Shown here: piece after piece, positions 1 to 8,682 of the stretch
Layout: every line of letters begins with the position of its first letter
Position numbering within the stretch: the first letter of the stretch is position 1
Source: an uncultured virus (IMG/VR IMGVR_UViG_3300006921_000001)
Taxonomy: Duplodnaviria; Heunggongvirae; Uroviricota; Caudoviricetes
DNA: 64,000 nucleotides
Strand: one strand, 5' to 3'
Virus record (IMG/VR): IMGVR_UViG_3300006921_000001
Notes under the pieces: model-generated
What the model was told of the DNA's origin: nothing
The model's database searches: none
The model's input: the letters and a program-made list of their open reading frames with translations, nothing else
Position numbers and translations under genes: made by a program

Positions 1-480
1 TACGATGGAATAACAATTACAATGGGAGAATATTTTTTTAATACATCATTGCCGAGATTACTCAGTCCAGAAGATTGCCCTACGCTGCAACACAAACCAA
101 CTAAAAGTCAGATTTGCATACAACAAGACCGTGGACACTATCGTAATATCCCTCAAGGGCCCATGTTTGATACTATATTTACTATATTCGCCCTCCTTGC
201 GTCTCGACAAAAAGGTGTTGTGCCCCTTCTAGATTATTTTATATATCTTACAGATTTAGGCATAAATACTGAGGCACACTATTCAGAACATTTAAACATA
301 GAGATAACTGGAGCAACTAAATCTCAGATTACCGCTTTTAGGCGAACTGTTGAGCACTTCAAAGGATTGCGGCTATTTAACTTTAGCGAATCTTCCTCAC
401 GAATTAGGACTAAAACATTACCTCCTATTAATACATTTATAAATAGATTTCGTAGAGAAAGAAAAAGGATACAAAGATAG
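1..480 (+). CDS. hypothetical protein, probably 5'-truncated by window edge
   Basis: Frame of ORF 22..480 is open back to base 1 (YDGITITM...); no recognisable motif. Confidence 0.6.
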   Translation, partial: YDGITITMGEYFFNTSLPRLLSPEDCPTLQHKPTKSQICIQQDRGHYRNIPQGPMFDTIFTIFALLASRQKGVVPLLDYFIYLTDLGINTEAHYSEHLNIEITGATKSQITAFRRTVEHFKGLRLFNFSESSSRIRTKTLPPINTFINRFRRERKRIQR

Positions 481-498
481 ATTTTAAAGGGTGATTAA

Positions 499-1923
499 TT
501 GGATAATAACTTATTATACGAAATGGATTTAAAAATGTCTAAAGGTAATTTTGATTATTTTTTTACTAAGGTATTAGGTTATGAAATGGCACCCTTTCAT
601 AAACAGTGGTTAGAAGAAGTACAGAGTAGTAATAGAACTGTTATTATTTGTTCTCGTGACCACGGCAAGTCGGTTTTTTTCCACTCTTGGTGTGTATTTC
701 AATTATGTTTTCAGGAGCCTCCATATCAAATGCTGTATATTTCATCTAATCATAAACAAACAATGGTGCATATGAAAGATATTGACCGCATGTTTACTAA
801 CATACCACAGTTAAAGCGATTTAAGCCGAGGGCTGGTTGGGCTGTAGGTGCTATGCGCTTAACAAACGGAAATGAAATACTTGAGCGTTCCGTTGGTTCA
901 CAGATTCGTGGGCTTCACCCTCAAGAAATTATTATTGACGACCCACTAAAAGAGTTCTCAATGAATGCTATTCAACGTGTAACAGATTGGTTTTGGGGTG
1001 ATATGATTCCCACATTACATCATACTGCTGCTTTACGAATGGTGGGGACTCCTTTTACTTACACGGATATTTTTTCACAACTATCTGAAAACCCAGCATA
1101 TGAAGTTAAAAGATACCCTGCTATAAACCAAGCAGGTGAGGCTTTATGGCCTTCCAGATGGGACAAAGATAAATTAGAACAACGTAAAATAGAAATTGGT
1201 TCCAGTAAGTTTACTAGAGAATATCTATGTATTCCTATAAGCACAAACACCATGCTCTTTGCACCCGACCATATAGAAAAATGTAAGGACCGAGATGCAG
1301 TTCTTACATCATCTAGAATAGCCGAAGATAGAAGATACTATATTGGTTACGACCCAGCGATTTCAGCGAATGGCGATTGGACAGTAATGACTGTATTAGA
1401 GGTAGATGATGAAATGAATAAAAAAATAGTCCATATATTTAGAGCACAAGGTTTAGATTTTAGAGAACATATAATGCATGTTATGGACCTCTGTAGAAGA
1501 TACCAACCGGAAATTGTTATGATTGAAACAAACACATTCGCTAAAGCGTTTTCTATGGAGTTAAAAAATATTAGTGACTTCCCAATAAAAGAATTTACCA
1601 TGAGTAGAAAACGTAAAGAAGAAATTATTTTAAACTTACAAATGAATATTGATAATCATAAAATTATTTTTCCCTACGGTAATGAAGAATCAAGAAAGGT
1701 TAGTAGACAATTGATTCAGGAGTTAGAAGCCTTCGGTATTAATCACAATGGTAAGATAGAAGGCGTGGGCGCACATGACGATATGGTTATATCTTTAGCG
1801 TTGGCTAATTATGCTACAAAGAAGTTCTCGGATGTATTTACGCTACTCGATGATGAGGGAATCTTTAATAATGGCTCCCCGTCTATCCCCTTTATAGGTG
1901 GTGGTATCTATGGTATTAATTAA
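499..1923 (+). CDS. terL: terminase large subunit
   Basis: Walker A CSRDHGKS, Walker B IIIDDP, GTP coupling motif, RNase H-like nuclease GYDPA ... HDDMV; TTG start after GGGTGA RBS. Confidence 0.95.
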   Translation: MDNNLLYEMDLKMSKGNFDYFFTKVLGYEMAPFHKQWLEEVQSSNRTVIICSRDHGKSVFFHSWCVFQLCFQEPPYQMLYISSNHKQTMVHMKDIDRMFTNIPQLKRFKPRAGWAVGAMRLTNGNEILERSVGSQIRGLHPQEIIIDDPLKEFSMNAIQRVTDWFWGDMIPTLHHTAALRMVGTPFTYTDIFSQLSENPAYEVKRYPAINQAGEALWPSRWDKDKLEQRKIEIGSSKFTREYLCIPISTNTMLFAPDHIEKCKDRDAVLTSSRIAEDRRYYIGYDPAISANGDWTVMTVLEVDDEMNKKIVHIFRAQGLDFREHIMHVMDLCRRYQPEIVMIETNTFAKAFSMELKNISDFPIKEFTMSRKRKEEIILNLQMNIDNHKIIFPYGNEESRKVSRQLIQELEAFGINHNGKIEGVGAHDDMVISLALANYATKKFSDVFTLLDDEGIFNNGSPSIPFIGGGIYGIN

Positions 1924-3301
1924 GTTCGATACAGACCAAATGCGGCAAGAATTGGACGAGTTAGACAGGGCAAAACAAGACGTTAAACAACAAGAAGAAG
2001 CAAGAGTTAAACCTATTGAGGAACGAATTAAACAGAACCTTAAAACTAAGTCAGAAATTAACTCTTGGTTAGACATGCAATCAGATTCAGAAATTGATGT
2101 AGTTAAGTCCATTTCTGCTATGTGTGGGGTGAATCTAACAAGTGCTATGTCTTTTATTCCTGCCTACCCTACCCCTCCTGTTGTTGGCGATAAAAATCTT
2201 CCTGATTTAGTAAAGGAGATGAGAAAAATCCGCAGAGGTCTAAAGGGTGGACAGCGTGATAGTATCGCTAAAGGTATTGACCACCTAATTACCGCATATC
2301 AAGAATACATCGGTAAATGTGTAGATTCTATTTATTGGCTCCGCCCATATCACTCCCCACTCTATGATTCAGGTCTATCCGAATCAAAAATCAAAAAACT
2401 ATACAGTGTTAAGGATTCAGACCGTAGACAAACAATTATTGATAATCTTTGTAAAATGTGGGACGCTAAGTTAGAGCGTAGGGAATTAGATTACGGTCCA
2501 GAATACTCTACTTTAACAAAAGAAATCAATAAGGGTAAAAAAGAAATTTCATCCATACTTCGTTCTATTAAACATCAAGATATTAGAAAGTCCCGAAGAG
2601 AAAATATCGAAATAGAAATTAGAGATATTATTAATGAAAATCCGGGAATTACTTCTAATACTATTTTTGAGAAAATGAGTGAGAAACATGCAAAGTATTC
2701 CACACCATCTACGATTGCTAAGATGGCTATGACAATAGGCGCTACTAATGTAAATAGTGAATATTACCTTATTAGAGATGCTATTCGTAAAGATTTATAT
2801 TCCTATGTTGCCGGCTTTATTGATTCGGATGGATATATTACTATGGATAGTAAGTACTCTCCGAGAGTAGGCATGGTCGCCACCGGTAATAGAGGTAGAG
2901 CCTTTTTTACTGAATTGGAGTCAGAACTAAAATGTGGTAGATTACATTTAGACCAAAAAGTAGGAGAAAATAATAGAAGTCAGCACCGACTAAATTTTTA
3001 CAGTGCTAATGATATTGGGACTGTTTTAGATAAGTGTATTCCCCATCTTCGTATGAAAAAGAGTCAGGGGAGATTAGTCAAGGAAGCATTAAGAATTAAA
3101 AAGAATCATAAGAACCAACCGTGGGCAAAAGAACGCCTTAAGGAAATTTTCCAACTAATTAAATATGAAAACTGGAAGGATGCTAGGAACACTTATGAAT
3201 TAGACAAGTATGGAGTTAATCCAGAAGTAGTAGTTAAGTATTTTGATAATGATAAAAATTCAATAATGGATGATTTAGAATCCATCGTAAAGGAGGAATA
3301 A
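1910..3301 (+). CDS. multidomain protein with C-terminal single-motif LAGLIDADG endonuclease domain and a probable wHTH
   Basis: YVAGFIDSDGYI LAGLIDADG helix, CIPHLRMKK downstream motif, INENPGIT wHTH-like segment; ATG 1910 follows AGGTGGT. Confidence 0.8.
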   Translation: MVLIKFDTDQMRQELDELDRAKQDVKQQEEARVKPIEERIKQNLKTKSEINSWLDMQSDSEIDVVKSISAMCGVNLTSAMSFIPAYPTPPVVGDKNLPDLVKEMRKIRRGLKGGQRDSIAKGIDHLITAYQEYIGKCVDSIYWLRPYHSPLYDSGLSESKIKKLYSVKDSDRRQTIIDNLCKMWDAKLERRELDYGPEYSTLTKEINKGKKEISSILRSIKHQDIRKSRRENIEIEIRDIINENPGITSNTIFEKMSEKHAKYSTPSTIAKMAMTIGATNVNSEYYLIRDAIRKDLYSYVAGFIDSDGYITMDSKYSPRVGMVATGNRGRAFFTELESELKCGRLHLDQKVGENNRSQHRLNFYSANDIGTVLDKCIPHLRMKKSQGRLVKEALRIKKNHKNQPWAKERLKEIFQLIKYENWKDARNTYELDKYGVNPEVVVKYFDNDKNSIMDDLESIVKEE

Positions 3302-3302
3302 T

Positions 3303-4928
3303 ATGGGAGTAAGAGATAGGCTAAGTAATTTAATCAGGAGAAGGACACCTACTCCTGTAGAAAAGGAAGTATATAATTTAGGTATACAAGAAAAGAAACA
3401 CCCTCAACATATTTTGGGTCCTGCCCTATACAACGTAGCAGACCAATCTGTTGTTGTTAGGACGTGTATTACACAATTAAAAACGGAAATTTTCCGTCGA
3501 GGATATCAGTGGGAAAAGGCATTTTATAAAAAATGTACTAGTTGTGGTGAAGAATATCAATCAGAAATAGACGAGTGTTCTGTTTGTGGCTGTGTTGAAT
3601 TTAGAGGCCCCGACCCCATGCAAAAGAAATATGCTGAAAAAATGGTAAACGGGTATGTAAACAAATCAGACCAGTTATTCGTTGATGTTTTAAAAGAAAT
3701 AGAAAGAGATTTAAATGTTGCTGATGATGCATATCTTATATTTGTTAAGGAATATTATGTAGATGAGTTAGGTAATATTAAACTACATAAAGTAAAAGAA
3801 CTATACCGTGGTGACCCACTAACTATGTATATTGATGTAGACAACGACGGTGATAGAGGAACTTCACATTATACTTGTGTTACCCATAGAGAACTATATA
3901 CAGATGACCCACATGAAAATTGTCCTGAATGTAATGCTTCTTTACACCCTGTTGTATATGTTAATCGCGTTCATGGACATGAACAATATTATATCGAAGG
4001 GGAGGTTGTTCACGTTAGTAAATTTAGCCCTAGTAGGCTATACGGAACATCACCAATTATTACTCTATGGAGTCATATTACTACCCTTCTTGCTATGGAG
4101 AATTATATTAATACATCGTATAGTAAGGCCCGCACACCGAAGGGTATCTTAGCGGTTCAGACAAACAATATGGATTCACTAATTAGATACTGGAGAGGTG
4201 TTAAAGAGAAGTTAGAAAAAGACCCACACTATATTCCTATTATGGGTATTGAGACAGAAGCCGGAGGACGTGGAGAAGTTAAATGGGTTCCGTTTATGCA
4301 GAGCCTAAAAGAAATGGATTATTCCGCAGTTAAGGATGATTTAAGAATGCGTATTGGTGCTTTCTATGGTATATCACCGATTTTTCAGGCTGATAACACA
4401 ACCGGTGGCGGTCTAAATAATGAAGGTTTACAAATTACAGTAACTAACAGAACCATAGAATTAGCACAAAGCGTATATAATAAATATATATTTCCTTATA
4501 TGGAAAGACAGTTTGGTGTTACTGATTGGAATATTAGGCTGCTACGCTCTGAGGAAGAGGACGATGTTCATGCTATGCGACGACGTGAAACAGAAGTCAA
4601 TATTGCTGGTCAAATGAAGAACTTAGGGTTTGATGTAGATATGGACGAAGACGGAAACTTTATCTTTAAGAAGATGGTTAAGCCGGATGAAGTAATACAA
4701 CAAGCACAGGCTAAAGGTGCAGAATTTCAGGCAGACCCATATGCAGGAACAGATATAGATGCTAGATACTTAGGGCAAATGCAAGCAGATATGATGCAGC
4801 AAGGCAACCAACCAATACAAACAGAGGGCCGTGGAAATAAGAGTAGTACTGCTTTACAATTAGCAAATAGAAATACAGGTGCTCCCGCAGGAACAGCGAA
4901 TGAAAATGTGGATAGGAGGACAGAATAA
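3303..4928 (+). CDS. portal protein with Zn-finger-like insertions
   Basis: Position after terL; portal motifs YGTSPI, TPKGIL, IGAFYGISPIF; inserts CTSC..CSVC and CVTH..CPEC. Confidence 0.9.
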   Translation: MGVRDRLSNLIRRRTPTPVEKEVYNLGIQEKKHPQHILGPALYNVADQSVVVRTCITQLKTEIFRRGYQWEKAFYKKCTSCGEEYQSEIDECSVCGCVEFRGPDPMQKKYAEKMVNGYVNKSDQLFVDVLKEIERDLNVADDAYLIFVKEYYVDELGNIKLHKVKELYRGDPLTMYIDVDNDGDRGTSHYTCVTHRELYTDDPHENCPECNASLHPVVYVNRVHGHEQYYIEGEVVHVSKFSPSRLYGTSPIITLWSHITTLLAMENYINTSYSKARTPKGILAVQTNNMDSLIRYWRGVKEKLEKDPHYIPIMGIETEAGGRGEVKWVPFMQSLKEMDYSAVKDDLRMRIGAFYGISPIFQADNTTGGGLNNEGLQITVTNRTIELAQSVYNKYIFPYMERQFGVTDWNIRLLRSEEEDDVHAMRRRETEVNIAGQMKNLGFDVDMDEDGNFIFKKMVKPDEVIQQAQAKGAEFQADPYAGTDIDARYLGQMQADMMQQGNQPIQTEGRGNKSSTALQLANRNTGAPAGTANENVDRRTE

Positions 4929-5116
4929 TGAACTGGCAAGATATTCTTAAAACAGATTTTAAGAAATTAGATAATATAGCATTAAGAAATTTATATTATA
5001 GTTTAAAAGATACTGCTAGAACTGAAGAGGATAGAAAATTTCTTTTTCAAATAATTGAAGAAATGATACAAAGAGGTATGTGGAGAACTTCCAATTACAG
5101 AACAGGCAGAAAATAA
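4928..5116 (+). CDS. small hypothetical protein with N-terminal WxxILK tag
   Basis: TAATG coupling to portal; begins MNWQDILKT. Confidence 0.7.
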   Translation: MNWQDILKTDFKKLDNIALRNLYYSLKDTARTEEDRKFLFQIIEEMIQRGMWRTSNYRTGRK

Positions 5117-5130
5117 AGAGAGATGATAAA

Positions 5131-5349
5131 ATGACTGACATGATTAAAAGAAAGTTAAATGATATGAAACAACAATTAAGTAAAATCGAGAGCAAAGTAA
5201 ATGCTCCCGAACCCGTTCAGAAAACAACAACTAACATGGTTCCCGCAGGTGTTGGTGAAGCAACAGAACCTACGCGAGAAGCAGAACCCGGCGCACCCGG
5301 TTTTATTACTGGTGGGCCTAGAATGAGTAAGAAGATGAAAGAAGTTTAA
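5131..5349 (+). CDS. hypothetical head-module protein
   Basis: ATG 5131 preceded by GAGATGATAAA; coiled-coil N-terminus, Pro/Gly-rich C-terminus. Confidence 0.65.
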   Translation: MTDMIKRKLNDMKQQLSKIESKVNAPEPVQKTTTNMVPAGVGEATEPTREAEPGAPGFITGGPRMSKKMKEV

Positions 5350-5358
5350 GGTGATTAA

Positions 5359-7416
5359 ATGGGTTGGGAAAATATTGTGAAAATTAAAAAACCATCACCA
5401 TATGTCCCAAGAACGGTCACCGTTGGTGAAGAACCAAACAAAAAGGATTTTAAAGAAATAGGTATTCCACAACCTTTTTTTAATAATTTAGAGGAAAGTT
5501 TTCTTAATGATATTTTAGAATTATTACCTGACCTAAAAATGGATACTATCCAAAAAATTGAGGTTCCATACGATAAAATATTAACATTAGATTTTCTAAG
5601 ATATAAAAAAATACCATCAGAAAAAAAGAAAGAATACTTAACTGATATAAAAAACAAAATAGTTAATGAAATTTTTTATATAGTTATAAAACCTACATTA
5701 AAGGGACGGCAATCGGTTCTCCCTCCATATCCAAAAACACCATTAAAAATATTACAGGATAGACCTAATATTGATTATGAAAAATATGGTGGGGAGGGTA
5801 CGCTTTCAGATAGATTTGTAGACCAAGCGGAAGAATTAGTTACGGATATAGCCACAGCAATCAGTAGAATATTAGTACCCTATGTTAAAGAAACCACTAA
5901 AAGGTCCGAGCCATCCAAAGATGATGACGATACTCCGAGACAAGAACAGATTGTAGAAACACCAGCGAGTAGTGTAGATATGGGTACGGTCTATGCTACA
6001 TTATTACAGGGTACGGATAAAGCCAGAGGCTTCAGGGATACAGTTGATTTAGATTCCGAAGGTAAGCCCAATATTACTAACGAGGTTGTAAGAATCTTTG
6101 AAATACATATTAATGACTTGTATAAAAATGTGTATATACATAATGCAAGTAAATTTAATGACAAAATTTACGCTAAAGTGGATAAATTTTTTGAGCAGTT
6201 ACAAGAACTAGATAACTCCGATAAAGATAACGCCTACAGAAAACCTCATGTTCTCCTAGATAATATATCAATGTTAAGAATAATAATGAGAATATGGTTC
6301 ACTGCATATAGATTAACTAATGTAAGAAATCTGAATACTGGGTTAAATAAACCAGTACGACAATCTGCAAAACGTGAATATAAACCAAAGGGCTTAAAAA
6401 TGTGGATTGGGGATGAAGAATTTGAACTAACTCCACAAAATGCTCAATTGTTACAGGAAGAATACAAAAAGGTAGGAACGTATAGTTTCCGCGACCCAAA
6501 AGCGGGAGAAAAAACGGCTAAAAGAGAGCAGGAACTTGCTGAAAAACAAAAACAATTAAAAGAAACAGTAAGTAAAATTAAGGAAATAGATAAACTTTTA
6601 CAGGATACAGATGAAAGAAAAAACGAAGACGGGCTATTAGACCTAGCAAATATGATTGATAGTGGTGAGGTTGAAGTATCGGTAGGTGGAAAGTCGATAC
6701 AAGACAGTGAATTAGTATCAAGTCAGAAGTTAAGAGCAGACCGTAAAGAATTATTACGTCAGCATAAAGAATTAGAGGCTACTATTCGTGTTAAACCATC
6801 CATTGAAGACAAAGAAATAATTGAAGCGGCTATGGCAATGGTAGACCCTTCTTATGCAAGGTCAGGAAAAACAATTACTAGAGAAGGTTCTCAACAGACG
6901 CAATCAATGAAAAGACGTGCTGCACTTGGAGCATATGATACGCCACCATCGGATGATAAGCGTTCTAAAGAAGAGTGGGAAAAAGAATTCCAAGAGGCTC
7001 AAGCCGAAATGTATGGCGAAGGTAAATACCCTAAAGGGGGTAAAGTGGGCAAAGCATTGGATTTACTAATGGGTGAATTGGGTGTAACATCAAATACTAT
7101 AATTAAAGCAGACAATAGTAAAATTCTACAAGAATTAAATAAAAAAGACAAAAGATTAGTAAAGACCCTACTACAGTTGGCACACCCAACAGAATACTTC
7201 AATGAGGATGCCCTAAAATTAGGAGAACTTATTACGGTATTGAAGTCGTTGGGTATTGTTAACGATAATAAGGCGCTAAAAAAGAAAGTCCTTAAATACG
7301 AGGACGAGAATCTAAAGGTTGTGAAGAGAGCGGTTCGATTACGCCGCGAATATGAAAAACTATATAAATCAATTAGAGAAGTAATCTACCCGAAGTCAGG
7401 TGAAAAAGATGAGTGA
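5359..7416 (+). CDS. large hypothetical protein with N-terminal WxxIVK tag, candidate internal head protein
   Basis: AGGTGA RBS; begins MGWENIVKI; helical and charged; internal TIIK-A site before a C-terminal coiled-coil domain. Confidence 0.75.
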   Translation: MGWENIVKIKKPSPYVPRTVTVGEEPNKKDFKEIGIPQPFFNNLEESFLNDILELLPDLKMDTIQKIEVPYDKILTLDFLRYKKIPSEKKKEYLTDIKNKIVNEIFYIVIKPTLKGRQSVLPPYPKTPLKILQDRPNIDYEKYGGEGTLSDRFVDQAEELVTDIATAISRILVPYVKETTKRSEPSKDDDDTPRQEQIVETPASSVDMGTVYATLLQGTDKARGFRDTVDLDSEGKPNITNEVVRIFEIHINDLYKNVYIHNASKFNDKIYAKVDKFFEQLQELDNSDKDNAYRKPHVLLDNISMLRIIMRIWFTAYRLTNVRNLNTGLNKPVRQSAKREYKPKGLKMWIGDEEFELTPQNAQLLQEEYKKVGTYSFRDPKAGEKTAKREQELAEKQKQLKETVSKIKEIDKLLQDTDERKNEDGLLDLANMIDSGEVEVSVGGKSIQDSELVSSQKLRADRKELLRQHKELEATIRVKPSIEDKEIIEAAMAMVDPSYARSGKTITREGSQQTQSMKRRAALGAYDTPPSDDKRSKEEWEKEFQEAQAEMYGEGKYPKGGKVGKALDLLMGELGVTSNTIIKADNSKILQELNKKDKRLVKTLLQLAHPTEYFNEDALKLGELITVLKSLGIVNDNKALKKKVLKYEDENLKVVKRAVRLRREYEKLYKSIREVIYPKSGEKDE

Positions 7417-7642
7417 TGATAACGATTTACAAATGTTACTAAAAGAGTTAGTAGACCGTGTTAAAAGCCTTGAGGCTATGGTTTACAGTTCAGATAATAT
7501 TCTTATGAAGTCGGGTCTTGTTAAGACCCAAACACAGGTTCCCGCTGTTTCTAGTGGTAGTCCACTACCCGATGCTGATACCATCGCAAAAATGGATTGG
7601 ACAGAACTAGACAGCATGGTTAAAAAAATTAATGGTGAATAA
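7409..7642 (+). CDS. hypothetical head-module protein
   Basis: AGGTGA RBS before ATG 7409; C-terminal IAKMDWTELDSMV resembles scaffold C-terminus IGELSWEEVNALA. Confidence 0.7.
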   Translation: MSDDNDLQMLLKELVDRVKSLEAMVYSSDNILMKSGLVKTQTQVPAVSSGSPLPDADTIAKMDWTELDSMVKKINGE

Positions 7643-7643
7643 T

Positions 7644-8252
7644 ATGGAATACGATAATTTAGGAGAAACAGAAAATTTAAGCGCACATAGGGATGCCCAA
7701 AGCGATGCGGAAAAGAAAGTAACAATGGCCCTAACACAATTACGAGATTTAACAACATTGATTAGTAACCATTTAGGAAGTCCAGTGGACCCTGATGAAC
7801 ACGCAGAAGATGTTAAAGTAAATAAGCCAGCATCTAAGAAAGTAGATGTATTTGGTGTTCAATTTGATGATGGTCCATTAGGTCCACGTTCTATTCCTCG
7901 TGGTGCTGCAAAACCAAATAAGCCAACAACAATGAAAAAGGCATATGGTCGTGATAAACTAGATAGAGATTTAGCAGGACAAAAGTATGTAGGGCGTGGT
8001 GCAGACCGTGAACCTATGGAGGATGAAGCCGGTCCTATGGAAAGAGGTCCAGTAATGGGTAAAAAGCGTAAACCATCAGTAAAGGAATCTTTACCAGAAA
8101 TGGCTGCTTCTTTTAAAGCAATTGCTGAACAGGTAAAATCTGTGAACATGTTGTTGGGCAAATTAGTCGAGCAAGAGGCTTCAACAAAAGTTTCCGCTAA
8201 AAGAGCAAATAGACCACAGGATGAAGACGAGCCTACTAAGGACAGATTCTAG
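7644..8252 (+). CDS. hypothetical head-module protein (low complexity, charged)
   Basis: GGTGA RBS before ATG 7644; long ORF in operon. Confidence 0.7.
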   Translation: MEYDNLGETENLSAHRDAQSDAEKKVTMALTQLRDLTTLISNHLGSPVDPDEHAEDVKVNKPASKKVDVFGVQFDDGPLGPRSIPRGAAKPNKPTTMKKAYGRDKLDRDLAGQKYVGRGADREPMEDEAGPMERGPVMGKKRKPSVKESLPEMAASFKAIAEQVKSVNMLLGKLVEQEASTKVSAKRANRPQDEDEPTKDRF

Positions 8253-8262
8253 GTGGTTTAAT

Positions 8263-8682
8263 GTGGATTGGAAAATTATCCTAAAAGCAAAATTATCTGA
8301 TTCTCAACGTATTACTATAATGCGTATTATTACTAAATATTTACAAGATAAAAATATAGGTATTAACATAGAATATACCGGTATAGACCCCGGTGAATTT
8401 AGTTTTGGGACTGAACAAGAAGTAAGATTTCCTAATAACTATAAAATTACCACATCAGACGCTTCAGCAAATTTTCATATAGATTTTAATCCTCATAATT
8501 TACAACCTGTAATTAGACATAAAAGTGGTCAACTAAGTTTAACACTAATGTTAGAAGATATTTTAGGAGTAGGGGACCCAGAAAGAGCCGAAGAACCATT
8601 AATAGATATGATAATGGAAGTAATGAAAAAACCAAAAGCCGGCAAACCAAAAGACGACAAAGGGGATGTTTCTTTTGGTTAA
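8263..8682 (+). CDS. hypothetical protein with N-terminal WxxILK tag
   Basis: AGGTGG at 8251-8256 favours GTG 8263, giving MDWKIILKA. Confidence 0.7.
   Translation: MDWKIILKAKLSDSQRITIMRIITKYLQDKNIGINIEYTGIDPGEFSFGTEQEVRFPNNYKITTSDASANFHIDFNPHNLQPVIRHKSGQLSLTLMLEDILGVGDPERAEEPLIDMIMEVMKKPKAGKPKDDKGDVSFG

Noticed and set aside
1910..3301. LAGLIDADG domain as an intein or intron in terL or portal
   Set aside because: No C/S start or HN-C/S/T end motifs; terL and portal are each complete on their own
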